Numbered from the stretch's first letter, positions 31,303 to 41,761 are shown. The stretch is 46,569 bases of DNA from an uncultured Alphaproteobacteria bacterium (GCA_902535885.1 CACAVG010000001.1:1-46569); one strand, 5' to 3'. Notes: generated by a model not told the origin, from the letters alone. Numbers and translations are program-made.

Positions 31303-33225
31303 TTAATCTTTTTTATCTTCGTCTACTTCTTCAAATTCAGCATCTACAACTTTTTCATCTTTTGTATTATCAGCTGATGGTTCAGCACCAGATGGATCAG
31401 GTTGAGGTCCAGCACCTTGAGGGTTTTGTTTATAAATTGCTTCACCCATTTTAAGAGATGACTGTACTAGTGCTTCAGTTTTAGATTTTATAGCTTCTAA
31501 ATCCTCACCGTCTTTTACTTTCTTAAGCTCTTCAATATCCTCTGTGATTTTATTTCTATCAGCTTCAGGAATTTTATCTCCGTGCTCTTTTAAGTTCTTT
31601 TCAGTTTCATTAATTAAACTATCTGCATGGTTTCTAGTATCAACAGCTTCTCTTTTCTTTTTATCAGCCTCAGCATTTTCTTCTGCCTCTTTGACCATTT
31701 TTTCAATCTCTTCATCTGATAATCCACCAGAAGCCTGGATCTTGATTTGTTGTTCTTTACCAGTTGATTTGTCTTTAGCCGAAACGTTTACAATACCATT
31801 TGCATCGATATCAAAAGTTACTTCAATTTGAGGCATTCCTCTTGCGGCAGGTGGAATACCTACTAAATCAAACTGACCTAGTAATTTATTATCAGCAGCC
31901 ATTTCTCTTTCACCTTGAAATACTCTAATTGTTACTGCACTCTGATTATCTTCAGCTGTAGAAAATACCTGGCTCTTCTTTGTTGGGATAGTTGTGTTTT
32001 TATCAATCAGTTTTGTAAATACACCACCAAGAGTTTCAATACCAAGTGATAAAGGTGTAACGTCAAGTAGTAGTACATCTTTGACATCACCTTGTAATAC
32101 TCCTGCTTGAATTGCAGCACCAGATGCAACAACCTCATCGGGGTTAACACCTTTGTTAGGCTCTTTACCAAAGAAGTTTTTTACTATCTCTGTTACTTTA
32201 GGCATTCTTGTCATACCACCAACTAAGATAACATCATCGATTTCAGCGGCTTGTAAACCGGCATCTTTAAGTGCCATTTCGCAAGGTTTTAAACTTTGGT
32301 TTAAAAGTTCGCCTACGATAGCTTCAAGTTTTGCTCTCGATAACTTAATCGTTAAATGTTTAGGACCAGATTGATCGGCTGTTATGAATGGTAAGTTAAC
32401 TTCTGTTTCAGTTGAACTTGATAATTCAATTTTTGCTTTCTCAGCAGCCTCTTTCAAACGTTGAAGCGCGAGTTTATCTGAACGTAAATCAATACCATTG
32501 TCTTTTTTAAATTCGTCAGCAAGGTAATCAATAATTTTAAGATCAAAATCTTCACCACCAAGATGCGTATCACCGTTTGTTGACTTAACCTCAAAAACAC
32601 CATCACCAATTTCTAAGATAGAAATATCAAATGTACCTCCACCAAGATCGTAAACAGCAACAGTACCAGTTTTCTTTTTATCTAAACCATATGCTAACGC
32701 TGCAGCAGTAGGTTCGTTAATAATTCTTAAGACTTCTAGTCCAGCTATTTTTCCAGCATCTTTTGTTGCTTGTCTTTGAGCGTCATTAAAATATGCAGGA
32801 ACTGTTATAACTGCTTGCGTAACAGTATCTCCTAAATAAGACTCTGCAGTCTCTTTCATTTTTTGTAAAATAAATGCACTAATTTGACTTGGGCTATATT
32901 TGTCTCCACGTGCTTCTACCCAAGCATCACCGTTATCACCTTTTACGATTTTATAAGGTACTAATCCGCTATCAGACTTAACAGCTTCATCCTCAAATGT
33001 TCTTCCAATTAATCTTTTTATGGCAAATAAAGTATTTTCAGAATTAGTTACTGCTTGTCTTTTAGCTGATTGCCCAACAAGTTTTTCTTTTGTGTCACTG
33101 AATGCTACCATTGACGGTGTTGTTCTTCCACCTTCAGAGTTTTCAATTACTTTTGCTTCCTTACCGTCCATTACTGCAACGCAGGAGTTTGTAGTACCTA
33201 AATCAATACCAATTACTTTTGCCAT
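31303..33225 (-). CDS. dnaK: Molecular chaperone DnaK (Hsp70)
   Basis: 640 aa. Canonical motifs [17 protein letters not shown] and [11 protein letters not shown] are present. Confidence 0.98.
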   Translation of the reverse strand: MAKVIGIDLGTTNSCVAVMDGKEAKVIENSEGGRTTPSMVAFSDTKEKLVGQSAKRQAVTNSENTLFAIKRLIGRTFEDEAVKSDSGLVPYKIVKGDNGDAWVEARGDKYSPSQISAFILQKMKETAESYLGDTVTQAVITVPAYFNDAQRQATKDAGKIAGLEVLRIINEPTAAALAYGLDKKKTGTVAVYDLGGGTFDISILEIGDGVFEVKSTNGDTHLGGEDFDLKIIDYLADEFKKDNGIDLRSDKLALQRLKEAAEKAKIELSSSTETEVNLPFITADQSGPKHLTIKLSRAKLEAIVGELLNQSLKPCEMALKDAGLQAAEIDDVILVGGMTRMPKVTEIVKNFFGKEPNKGVNPDEVVASGAAIQAGVLQGDVKDVLLLDVTPLSLGIETLGGVFTKLIDKNTTIPTKKSQVFSTAEDNQSAVTIRVFQGEREMAADNKLLGQFDLVGIPPAARGMPQIEVTFDIDANGIVNVSAKDKSTGKEQQIKIQASGGLSDEEIEKMVKEAEENAEADKKKREAVDTRNHADSLINETEKNLKEHGDKIPEADRNKITEDIEELKKVKDGEDLEAIKSKTEALVQSSLKMGEAIYKQNPQGAGPQPDPSGAEPSADNTKDEKVVDAEFEEVDEDKKD

Positions 33226-33277
33226 ATTTTTTATCCTCTTTAATTAATTACTTACCAATCGACATTGGCTACATTAG

Positions 33278-33306
33278 ATATGGGAAAAAAGTTTTAAAAT
33301 ACAAGG
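33278..33306 (-). promoter_or_regulatory. Candidate RpoH (sigma-32)-type heat-shock promoter for dnaK-dnaJ
   Basis: The minus strand reads CCTTGTA-N15-CCCATAT, with the -35 at 33300-33306 and the -10 at 33278-33284. This is close to the classical CTTGAA-N13-15-CCCCATNT consensus. The -10 element ends 52 nt upstream of the dnaK ATG. Confidence 0.45.
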
Positions 33307-33350
33307 ATCTTTGGGATTTATGTTGAAAAAAACAAGTAATTTAGGGTTTT

Positions 33351-34022
33351 TTATGACTTTTCTTTACTCCTATTTTCAGGATTGTTCTGTTCTTTTTCTT
33401 CTTTAGTATCTTCAATTTTAGTAGCAGTTTTTTTGGAGACTCCGACCATCGCTGCTCTGAGTAATCGGTCGTGCATTGTATAGCCAGATTGGACTTCTTG
33501 TACTACCGTTCCTTCTTCAACTTCATTATTTTCAACTTCCATCATTGCCTGATGAAAATTATGGTCAAATTTTTGATTTAAAGTCTCAATTTTTTTGACT
33601 CCGTGTTTTTCAAGAGTACTTTTGTATTCTTTAAGCACCATTTTTAAACCATCGATAAGATTTTTTATACTTTCTGGATGATTTTCATCTTCTGGTAAAG
33701 CATCTAGAGCTCTTTCTAGATTATCTCCTGGTGATAGAATGTCTCTAGCTAAATTTATGCTACCAAACTTTATAGTTTCTACTTTTTCTCGTTCAAATCT
33801 TTTTCTAAGATTTTCCATTTCAGCAAGTAACCGAATTTTTTCTTCTTTTAGTGTTTCAATTTCCTTTTCTAAACTATCTTCTTCTGTATTTTCTTCTTCA
33901 CTTGTCTCTTCTTTATCTGTGTTCTCTTGACTATCATTATTATCTTCTTCATTTTCAATATTCTCAGAATTTGGTTCTTTAATTTCTTCTTGTTGGTTTT
34001 CTTCTTCTTTTTTTTCAACCAT
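33351..34022 (-). CDS. grpE: Nucleotide exchange factor GrpE
   Basis: 223 aa. An acidic low-complexity N-terminus is followed by the GrpE core (RLLAEMENLRKRFERE...DALP...GYTMHDRLLRAAMVGV). TAATG overlap with the hrcA stop. Confidence 0.9.
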   Translation of the reverse strand: MVEKKEEENQQEEIKEPNSENIENEEDNNDSQENTDKEETSEEENTEEDSLEKEIETLKEEKIRLLAEMENLRKRFEREKVETIKFGSINLARDILSPGDNLERALDALPEDENHPESIKNLIDGLKMVLKEYKSTLEKHGVKKIETLNQKFDHNFHQAMMEVENNEVEEGTVVQEVQSGYTMHDRLLRAAMVGVSKKTATKIEDTKEEKEQNNPENRSKEKS

Positions 34023-35068
34023 TAATCAATCACCTTTCCAATAATTTTAGACGTATAATCAACCAGCGGAACTATTTTTGAGTAGTTTAATCTTGTTGGA
34101 CCAACTACGCCTATAGCACCTATGATTTCTTGATCGTTATTTTTATATGGGGCCATTACCATAGAAAGACCAGAGTGTTTAAACAAAAAATTTTTAGATC
34201 CAATAAATATTTGAACTCCTTTAGCTTTTCCTGCCGTTTCTAGTATATCTACAAAAGTAGATTTTTTCTCAATTTCATCAAAAAGATTTCGAATTTGATC
34301 TAAGTCTTTTGAAACTATTTCATCTTTAAGTAAATTTGATTGACCATGTAAAAAAATATAAGGATTTTTAATATTTGGTTGAGTTTCAATAATACCCTGT
34401 TGAATTAGTTTTGAAGAAATTAATTCTAGTTCATTTTGTGAATTTTTTATTTCTGTTTGAATAAGTCTTTTTATTTGAGAGATATTTTTGTTTGTAAACT
34501 TTGATGTGAGATAATTTGAGGCCTGTATCAATAATGAACTATTATATTTTCCTTTATCTTCAATGATGCGATTTTCTATTTCTCCGTTCTCATAAGCAAG
34601 AATAAGCATTAATTGAGTACTATTAAGCCTTATAAATTCTACATGCTTTAAGTTTTTTTGAAATTTTGGTGCAATAACTATTCCAGCATAACTTGATAAT
34701 CCTGAAATAGCCTTAGAGGCAACATCTAGCACCTCTTCATAAGATTTCCCCTTAGTTAAGCACTGCTGTTTAATATTTTCTTTATCTAATTTAGATATTC
34801 TTCCAAATTCCAAAAGCCCATCAACAAAAAATCTCATTCCTTTTTCAGTTGGCATTCTCCCAGCTGATCTGTGTGGGGCGTATAGAAGCCCTTCTTTTTG
34901 TAAATTAGATAAAATTGATCTAATTGACGCTGAGGAAAGATTTAATCCTCCCATCTTCATAATTGTTTCTGATCCAGCTGGTGACCCAGTTTTGAGATAT
35001 GACTCAACTAATTTTTTGAAAATTAGTTTCGATCTATCATTAATTTGCGCATATACATTATCAGACAT
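34022..35068 (-). CDS. hrcA: Heat-inducible transcription repressor HrcA
   Basis: 348 aa. It has an N-terminal winged-helix region (PAGSETI...SSASIRSILSNLQKEGLLYAPHRSAGRMPTEKG) and the C-terminal GAIGVVGPTRLNY block. Confidence 0.9.
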   Translation of the reverse strand: MSDNVYAQINDRSKLIFKKLVESYLKTGSPAGSETIMKMGGLNLSSASIRSILSNLQKEGLLYAPHRSAGRMPTEKGMRFFVDGLLEFGRISKLDKENIKQQCLTKGKSYEEVLDVASKAISGLSSYAGIVIAPKFQKNLKHVEFIRLNSTQLMLILAYENGEIENRIIEDKGKYNSSLLIQASNYLTSKFTNKNISQIKRLIQTEIKNSQNELELISSKLIQQGIIETQPNIKNPYIFLHGQSNLLKDEIVSKDLDQIRNLFDEIEKKSTFVDILETAGKAKGVQIFIGSKNFLFKHSGLSMVMAPYKNNDQEIIGAIGVVGPTRLNYSKIVPLVDYTSKIIGKVID

Positions 35069-35115
35069 AAGAATTTTATTTAAAAATAATTTTTATCTAC
35101 TATTATTAAATTTAT

Positions 35116-35826
35116 ATGAGAAAAGATAGATCCTTCAATCAAATGCGTGAAATTTCATTTGAGAAAAACGTGAATATTCATGCAGATGGTTCATGCTTAG
35201 TAAAATTTGGAAACACACATGTATTGTGTCTTGCAACGATTGATGAAAAAGTTCCTCATTGGTTGAAAAATACAGGTAAAGGTTGGGTTACAGCCGAATA
35301 CGGCATGTTACCAAGATCAACAAATACTAGGATGGACAGAGAGGCAGCTAAAGGAAAACAATCAGGAAGAACTCAGGAAATACAAAGGTTAGTTGGGCGT
35401 AGCTTGAGGTCTATTGTAGATCTTTCAAATCTAGGAGAGCGTCAAATCAAAATAGACTGTGATGTTATTCAAGCAGATGGAGGCACAAGAACCGCCTCTA
35501 TAAGCGGCGGTTTTGTTTCTTTATATCTAGCAATAGAAAAAATGAAGAATAATTATAATCTACAGAAACCAATTATTAAAAATTTTATAGGAGCGGTGTC
35601 AACTGGAATAGTAGAAAATAAAGCAATGTTGGATCTTGATTATAAAGAAGACTCAGAAGCTCAAGTAGATGCAAATTTTGTAATTTGTGATTCAGAGGAA
35701 ATATCTGAAATACAGGTAACTGGCGAAGAGTTTTTTTTCACTGATAATCAATTTGCAGAAATGTTTTCACTAGCAAAAATTGGGGTAAAAGAAATAATCT
35801 CTAGGCAAAAAGAGGCGTTGAAATAA
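35116..35826 (+). CDS. rph: Ribonuclease PH
   Basis: 236 aa. Motifs GWVTAEYGMLPRST, GRTQEIQRL and DCDVIQADGGTRTASI are present. Confidence 0.95.
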   Translation: MRKDRSFNQMREISFEKNVNIHADGSCLVKFGNTHVLCLATIDEKVPHWLKNTGKGWVTAEYGMLPRSTNTRMDREAAKGKQSGRTQEIQRLVGRSLRSIVDLSNLGERQIKIDCDVIQADGGTRTASISGGFVSLYLAIEKMKNNYNLQKPIIKNFIGAVSTGIVENKAMLDLDYKEDSEAQVDANFVICDSEEISEIQVTGEEFFFTDNQFAEMFSLAKIGVKEIISRQKEALK

Positions 35827-35827
35827 A

Positions 35828-36409
35828 TTGAAACAATTATTATTTTTCTCAAATAATAAAAATAAAATAATCGAAATTAAAAAAATTTTTAACAAATTTG
35901 ATATTAAACTTTTATCATTAAGTGATGTAAAATTAACCGATGAACCAGAAGAAAATGGTAAAAGTTTTGAAGAAAATGCTAAGATAAAATCAAACTATGG
36001 ATTCAATAAAACTGGTGTTCCTTGTTTTGCTGATGACTCGGGAATATGTATTGAAAGTTTAAACTGGAAGCCTGGAATTTTTTCAAAAAGATTTCTAAAA
36101 AATTTTCAGACTAACGAGGATTGTTTCAATCGTATAATTAAAAATATGGAAAATAGTGGTAAAAAAAAAGCATACTTTAAAACTTCTATAAGCTTAACAA
36201 GTAGCAATAATCACCATATAATATTTAATGGGAAAATTGATGGAAAAATATCTTCAAATATTAGAGGTGTATTTGGTTTTGGTTATGATCCAATTTTTAT
36301 TCCTAACAATTTCAACAAAACATTTGCAGAATTAAGTATAAAAGAAAAAAATGAAATTAGTCACAGATCAATTGCAATAATGAAATTACTTAATTTTGTA
36401 ATTAATTGA
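35828..36409 (+). CDS. rdgB: Non-canonical purine NTP pyrophosphatase (RdgB/HAM1 family)
   Basis: 193 aa with a TTG start right after the rph stop. Motifs SNNKNKIIEIK, ENGKSFEENA, CFADDSG, FGYDPIF and SHR are present. Confidence 0.85.
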   Translation: MKQLLFFSNNKNKIIEIKKIFNKFDIKLLSLSDVKLTDEPEENGKSFEENAKIKSNYGFNKTGVPCFADDSGICIESLNWKPGIFSKRFLKNFQTNEDCFNRIIKNMENSGKKKAYFKTSISLTSSNNHHIIFNGKIDGKISSNIRGVFGFGYDPIFIPNNFNKTFAELSIKEKNEISHRSIAIMKLLNFVIN

Positions 36410-37721
36410 CAAGTACCGTATGACCATTGTTTATTTTTAAAATTTCCAAATCTCTTTCAATAATATTGTTTTTAAAATAAAAACTTCCATCAATGCCATC
36501 AAATTTTTTGTTAGGGTTATTTAATAGTCCAATTACATCACTAAATTTATATTCTTTTGTATAAATAAAATTAATTAACCCTATTAAATCATAAGGAAGT
36601 GTTGAAATTCTTAAAAAATCATCTTCATATATCTCCATATAATTATTGATTAAATTTATTCGTCTTTCTTCAGACACTCCCGGAAAGATTGCTCCCTGCA
36701 ATGAAGGTTCATAAAAAAATGTTTTATCATCTATTACTCCAGTACCCATAAACTGAACAATGTTTGGGTCGATATCATAGTAAGGAAGAAGAGGTGCGAC
36801 TTGTAATAAGTTCAAACCATAATCAGCGATCAAGACATGGGTAAAATCATAATCACTTGTGGTCTTGAACTTCTCTAATTTTTTTAACCTTTCTTTAGAT
36901 TTTTTATCTTTTTTTAATGATAATATTTGTTTTTGCCTATTAAGTTCATATTTTCTTAATTCATATTTACCTAATTCTTTTATTGCCTCTCTTACATTTG
37001 ATAAATCGTCTTTATAAGAAGATCTATTCACTAAGATTGCTCGACTTTCAAAAATTACATCATCAATAAAACTGTTTATTAGATATCCATATTCATTTTC
37101 AGGATAAAGAAGAGCTACCTTAGCTTCTTCATTTAAATATAATAGGAGTTGGGTGAGTTCGTTTTTCGGAAAAAAATTTAATAAATAAATACAATCTTTT
37201 GCTAATGAAGACATGGAAGAGTATGAAAAAAATATTACTTTTTCTTCACAATAATCATTCAAAATTTTTGAATACTTTGACTGAATAGGTCCCAAAAAAA
37301 TTTTTCCAGGTAGAAGATTTTTCTGTATAATATTTCGTAAATCTTTTTCGTTTTCAAAAAACTCTATTATAATACTTATATCATTTACAGCAAGATTGTT
37401 TATGCCTAGTTCATAAGTATTTAAAAACTGTTTAGTAGTTTTATCATTATCATTCTTTGCGAATAATGCGATAATAGTTTTATCTAAAACAACATCCTCC
37501 AAAGGTTTATCGTATATATTGTCGTTCATTTCTATCATATCGTTGTTATTATTTGTATTGATTGGTTTTTTAGTAATCTTATTTTCTTGGGTATTTTTTG
37601 TTTCTTGATCCAATAAATTAACTGGGTTACATGATATTATAAATATCAATATATATAAGATGAATAATATTATTAATGGTCTTTCAATCGTTGCAACACC
37701 TATTGGAAATTTAGATGACAT
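36402..37721 (-). CDS. LppC/LpoA-like lipoprotein (putative penicillin-binding protein activator, periplasmic-binding-protein fold)
   Basis: 439 aa. It has a lipobox (IFIISC) after a hydrophobic segment. Its position divergent from rsmI matches the yraL/yraM arrangement. The sequence is very diverged, so the call rests mainly on synteny and architecture. Confidence 0.5.
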   Translation of the reverse strand: MSSKFPIGVATIERPLIILFILYILIFIISCNPVNLLDQETKNTQENKITKKPINTNNNNDMIEMNDNIYDKPLEDVVLDKTIIALFAKNDNDKTTKQFLNTYELGINNLAVNDISIIIEFFENEKDLRNIIQKNLLPGKIFLGPIQSKYSKILNDYCEEKVIFFSYSSMSSLAKDCIYLLNFFPKNELTQLLLYLNEEAKVALLYPENEYGYLINSFIDDVIFESRAILVNRSSYKDDLSNVREAIKELGKYELRKYELNRQKQILSLKKDKKSKERLKKLEKFKTTSDYDFTHVLIADYGLNLLQVAPLLPYYDIDPNIVQFMGTGVIDDKTFFYEPSLQGAIFPGVSEERRINLINNYMEIYEDDFLRISTLPYDLIGLINFIYTKEYKFSDVIGLLNNPNKKFDGIDGSFYFKNNIIERDLEILKINNGHTVLVN

Positions 37722-38502
37722 AACTTATCGAGCTGTTAATATCCTTAAAAATTGTGATATTATTATTTGTGAAAATCCTAAACATTCTCTTAAACTACTA
37801 AATAAATTAGGCATTAAAAAGAAGTTAATTGCTTTACATGATTATAATGAGCATAAGGTTATAAATCAAATTAAGGGTTTATTAGAAAATAAAAGCTGTG
37901 TTTTAATTTCTGACGCAGGATCACCTTTAATTTCTGATCCTGGTTACAAATTAGTAAGACACTGTATTGAAAACAATATTTACATTTCATCCGTTCCTGG
38001 TCCTTCCGCTGTTATATCAAGTTTACAATTATCTGGGTTACCAATTTCAGAATTTATATTTTTTGGCTTTGTGCCAAAATCAAAAAAAAAAATTGAAGAT
38101 CTCATCAAGAGTGTATCAAAAGAGACAAGAACTTCTGTATTTTTTATATCAAATAATAAATTAATTAGTTTTTTAGAATGCTCAGAAAAAATTATACCCG
38201 AAAGGTCAATCTCAATATGTAAGGAGCTTACTAAAGCAAATGAATTTGTCTTTAGGGGTTTTGCAAAGAAAGTAAAGAATGATTTGTTACAAAAAAAAGA
38301 AAATTTAAAGGGTGAATTTGTTGCAGTAATAGATAAACAAACATTAAAGAAACAAAATTTTGACGAAATTGATTTATATAAGAAAGAATTAAAAAAAATG
38401 GCTAAAAAATTTTCTTTGACCGACATCGTGGAAATAGTGCATAAATTTACTAAAATTAATAAAAATAAAATTTACAAATGGTTATTAAACTTAAAAAAAT
38501 AA
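37660..38502 (+). CDS. rsmI: 16S rRNA (cytidine1402-2'-O)-methyltransferase
   Basis: 280 aa. Motifs IVATPIGNLDDIT, CENPKHS, ISDAGSPLISDPG and VPGPSAV are present. Confidence 0.9.
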   Translation: MNNIINGLSIVATPIGNLDDITYRAVNILKNCDIIICENPKHSLKLLNKLGIKKKLIALHDYNEHKVINQIKGLLENKSCVLISDAGSPLISDPGYKLVRHCIENNIYISSVPGPSAVISSLQLSGLPISEFIFFGFVPKSKKKIEDLIKSVSKETRTSVFFISNNKLISFLECSEKIIPERSISICKELTKANEFVFRGFAKKVKNDLLQKKENLKGEFVAVIDKQTLKKQNFDEIDLYKKELKKMAKKFSLTDIVEIVHKFTKINKNKIYKWLLNLKK

Positions 38503-39086
38503 CAAAAACATTAATCACACCTTTATTCTTGTTGCTTATTTTGTTTAATCTAGGTTGTTCTCCAACCAGCATTTTGGCTACTGGCGGCAGTAGTGCATTA
38601 GTAGTTGCAGAGGGAGAAAGGTCAATGGGAACTGTTATTGATGATACTACAATAAAAGTAAATGTCGCTGCTAAATTTTTAAATGCTGGAAATAATTTGT
38701 TCGTAAATGTCAATACTAGTGTTCTGGAAGGAAGAATTTTGTTAACAGGCTTGGTTGATAACCAAGAAATAAGAATAGATGCTGTCAGATTAGTTTGGGA
38801 AGTTGAAGGAGTTAAAGAAATTATAAATGAAATAGAAATTGGCAACAGATCAACACTAAAAGATTATGCTAGTGATTTATGGATTAATACCCAAGCTAGA
38901 GCAGTAGCCGCAAAAACTGTTGGTATTAAGGCTATTACGTTTAACTTTGAAACTATACAGGGTAAAATTTATATTGCTGGTATAACAACTCGTCCTGACC
39001 TTCTAGACAATATGATCTCAGCTCTGAAGAATATAAAGGGTGTTAATGAAATTGTTAACTATGTAATAATTAAAGAACAACAATAA
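38478..39086 (+). CDS. Dual BON-domain lipoprotein (DolP/YraP-like)
   Basis: 202 aa. It has the lipobox LGCS and two BON-like repeats (...VNTSVLEGRILLTGLV...GVKEIINEI and ...FETIQGKIYIAGIT...GVNEIVNYV). Confidence 0.7.
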   Translation: MVIKLKKITKTLITPLFLLLILFNLGCSPTSILATGGSSALVVAEGERSMGTVIDDTTIKVNVAAKFLNAGNNLFVNVNTSVLEGRILLTGLVDNQEIRIDAVRLVWEVEGVKEIINEIEIGNRSTLKDYASDLWINTQARAVAAKTVGIKAITFNFETIQGKIYIAGITTRPDLLDNMISALKNIKGVNEIVNYVIIKEQQ

Positions 39087-39087
39087 A

Positions 39088-39438
39088 TTATCTCAGTCTT
39101 CCAATTTTCTCACCTGCTAAAATATGTAAATGAAAATGAGGTACTTCCTGCCCACCATCATCCCCTGAGTTTGTAATTAATCTATATCCATTTTTTTCAA
39201 TATCTAGATTGCTTATAACAAGTTGAACACTTTTAAAAAAAGATAAGATATTTTCATTATCTGCGTTATTTAAAAAATCAGAGAGAGTGGTGCATGGAAA
39301 TTTAGGAATGCCTAATATATGGATTTTAGCTTGGGGATTAATGTCTTTAAAAAACAAACTGAACTCATCTTCATAAATTTTATCACATGGAATTTCTTTT
39401 CTTAATATCTTGGCAAATATGTTATTTTTATCATACAT
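39088..39438 (-). CDS. HIT family (histidine triad) nucleotide hydrolase
   Basis: 116 aa. The triad HFHLHIL and an N-terminal IFAKILRKEIP motif are present. Confidence 0.85.
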   Translation of the reverse strand: MYDKNNIFAKILRKEIPCDKIYEDEFSLFFKDINPQAKIHILGIPKFPCTTLSDFLNNADNENILSFFKSVQLVISNLDIEKNGYRLITNSGDDGGQEVPHFHLHILAGEKIGRLR

Positions 39439-39444
39439 AATATT

Positions 39445-39717
39445 TTATTTTCTTTTGTCTAACTCTTTATGAATGTCGTTCATGGTAATTTTTTTAGATT
39501 TAAGTAAAACAAGAAGGTGATAAATTACATCAACAGCTTCCTCTATTGTTCTTTTTTTTGATCCTTTTAAAAAATCTATAATTAATTCAGAAGATTCTTC
39601 ACCAAACTTTTGAGCTATTTTTTTTGGTCCTAAGTTTAATAACCTGTTGGTATACGAATTTTTTTTTCTTGTTGCTACTCTTTTATTTAGAATTTCATTT
39701 AATTCTTCGATTTTCAT
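39445..39717 (-). CDS. hisE: Phosphoribosyl-ATP pyrophosphatase
   Basis: 90 aa. The pattern SYT..LL..G..KIAQKFGEESSE...EEAVDVIYHLLVLL is present. It is the last gene of the his operon. Confidence 0.85.
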   Translation of the reverse strand: MKIEELNEILNKRVATRKKNSYTNRLLNLGPKKIAQKFGEESSELIIDFLKGSKKRTIEEAVDVIYHLLVLLKSKKITMNDIHKELDKRK

Positions 39718-39721
39718 AAAT

Positions 39722-40477
39722 TTAATCTCTGATACTTATTTTTTTATCTTTCAAGTATTTCTTTACTTCTTTAATGCTAATTTCATTAAAATGAAAGACT
39801 GAGGCTGCTAATAATGCATTAGCCCTACCTTTGACTACACCATCATAAAAATGATCTAAATTTCCAACTCCTCCGCTAGCTATTACAGGTATCCTTAAAA
39901 ATTCTGAAACCCTACTAAGTAGTTCATTGTCAAAACCAGATTTTGTACCATCCTTGTCCATTGATGTTAGGAGAATTTCACCAGCCCCTAGATTTTGAAC
40001 TTTTTCTATCCAACTTAAAGCATGTAAATCAGTTTTTTTAGTCCCGCCATGAGAATAAACAAACCAATCATCATTGTGTTTTTTTGCATCAACGGCAACA
40101 ACAATGCATTGATTTCCAAAATATTCAGAAGCTTCTTTAATAATATTAGGGTTTTTAATTGCTGCAGAATTTATAGAAACTTTATCAGCACCAGCTTTAA
40201 GTAAGGCTTTTATATTATCTATTGATGAAATTCCACCACCAACAGTAAGAGGAATAAAAACCTCATTTGCAGTCTTTTTAACTACATTTATCATAGTATC
40301 TCTATTTTCTAATGATGCGCTAATATCTAAAAAACATATTTCGTCCGCTCCATTATCAGAATAATGTTTAGCTTGTTCTACGGGATCTCCTGCATCGATA
40401 AGATTTAAAAAATTGATTCCTTTTACTACTCTTCCATTTTTAACATCTAAGCATGGAATAATTCTTATTTTTAACAT
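39722..40477 (-). CDS. hisF: Imidazole glycerol phosphate synthase, cyclase subunit
   Basis: 251 aa. Motifs [27 protein letters not shown] and ASGG are present. Confidence 0.95.
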   Translation of the reverse strand: MLKIRIIPCLDVKNGRVVKGINFLNLIDAGDPVEQAKHYSDNGADEICFLDISASLENRDTMINVVKKTANEVFIPLTVGGGISSIDNIKALLKAGADKVSINSAAIKNPNIIKEASEYFGNQCIVVAVDAKKHNDDWFVYSHGGTKKTDLHALSWIEKVQNLGAGEILLTSMDKDGTKSGFDNELLSRVSEFLRIPVIASGGVGNLDHFYDGVVKGRANALLAASVFHFNEISIKEVKKYLKDKKISIRD

Positions 40478-40478
40478 T

Positions 40479-41219
40479 TTAATTTAAAATTTTTTGTGCC
40501 TCAACTAAATCAATCTTACCTTCATAGAAAGATTTACCTGAAATTATTCCTTCAATGTTTTCAATGTTAAGTTTTTTTAAATTTATTAGATCGGAGTAAT
40601 ATGTTAATCCACCTGCAATAATAATTTTTTTATTAAATTTTTTAATTAGGTTTAATTTTTTTACAAAATTACTAACAAAATCAAAATTTAAACCTTTTAA
40701 CATTCCATCGTTTTGAATATCTGTAATTACAAATCCTTTTATTTTTGAAGTAGTATAAATATCAAGAATATCTTGTACTTTTTTGCCTGAATTTTTTTCC
40801 CAACCTTTTATCATTATATTATCTTCAAGAATATCTAATGAAATATATATTTTATCAACATACTGATCTGATAAAATTATAACCTCACTTGGTTTTTCAA
40901 CTGACATTGACCCGATAACCAAATTATTTATTCCAACCTCAAAATATTTTTTGGCTAAATCTAAATTTCTAACCCCTCCACCCAACTGTATTGGTATTGA
41001 AATTGATTTTCTTATTTTCTTTATTGTTTCAAAATTAACATTTGATCTACCAAATGCAGCGTCTAGGTCAATTAAGTGTAATTTTTTACAGCCAATCTGT
41101 TCAAAGTATATGGCTTGTTTTTCTGGGTCCTCATTGTAAACAACGCTGGAGCTATCTATTCCTTTAGATAACCTAACACACTTATTATCCTTTAAATCAA
41201 TGGCTGGTATAATTTGCAC
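40479..41219 (-). CDS. hisA: ProFAR isomerase (1-(5-phosphoribosyl)-5-[(5-phosphoribosylamino)methylideneamino]imidazole-4-carboxamide isomerase)
   Basis: 246 aa. Motifs [34 protein letters not shown] and AGG are present. Confidence 0.9.
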   Translation of the reverse strand: MQIIPAIDLKDNKCVRLSKGIDSSSVVYNEDPEKQAIYFEQIGCKKLHLIDLDAAFGRSNVNFETIKKIRKSISIPIQLGGGVRNLDLAKKYFEVGINNLVIGSMSVEKPSEVIILSDQYVDKIYISLDILEDNIMIKGWEKNSGKKVQDILDIYTTSKIKGFVITDIQNDGMLKGLNFDFVSNFVKKLNLIKKFNKKIIIAGGLTYYSDLINLKKLNIENIEGIISGKSFYEGKIDLVEAQKILN

Positions 41220-41761
41220 TACAAATTTTTATAGTAATAATAACCCTTAATAAAACTACCGTTAATATAAGCATAATATGGGTTTTCACCCCACTTAATA
41301 TAATTTTTACCAGTAAATAGTTTTATTGCTGCATCTTGTGTTTCTCTTACAGCTAACTGTAAAGATTTGATATTATCTTCTTTGGCAATTTGTTCAGTGT
41401 AATCGATCATTGTTTTAGCCAAACCATAACCTCTTGCCCATGGAGCAACAAATTGTCTTCTTATACGTGCAATATTTTTCCTAGACTCAATATTGGGCGC
41501 CTCATATGCAAGTTGAAGGGTTCCAGCTATAACTCCATTGAGTCTACCAACAATAAGTTTAATATATTTATCATTAGTTCTTTTAGTCCAGTAATCAGTT
41601 AAAATATCTCTTGTGGGAACTCTTAACCAACCAAAACCTCCTCCAGCTTTAATTGCTTGCTCCGTGATGTTACAAAGATCTGCCAAATCTACGTCTGTAA
41701 GTGTTTCAATGTTATCAACTGAAATATTAATCTTTTCCTTTAGTTGTGTAGACATGTTCAT
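41219..41761 (-). CDS. GNAT family N-acetyltransferase embedded in the his operon
   Basis: 180 aa. It has an acetyl-CoA binding motif A-like segment (RRQFVAPWARGYGLAKTMIDY). ATGA overlap with the hisH stop and a 1-nt overlap with the hisA start. Confidence 0.65.
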   Translation of the reverse strand: MNMSTQLKEKINISVDNIETLTDVDLADLCNITEQAIKAGGGFGWLRVPTRDILTDYWTKRTNDKYIKLIVGRLNGVIAGTLQLAYEAPNIESRKNIARIRRQFVAPWARGYGLAKTMIDYTEQIAKEDNIKSLQLAVRETQDAAIKLFTGKNYIKWGENPYYAYINGSFIKGYYYYKNL

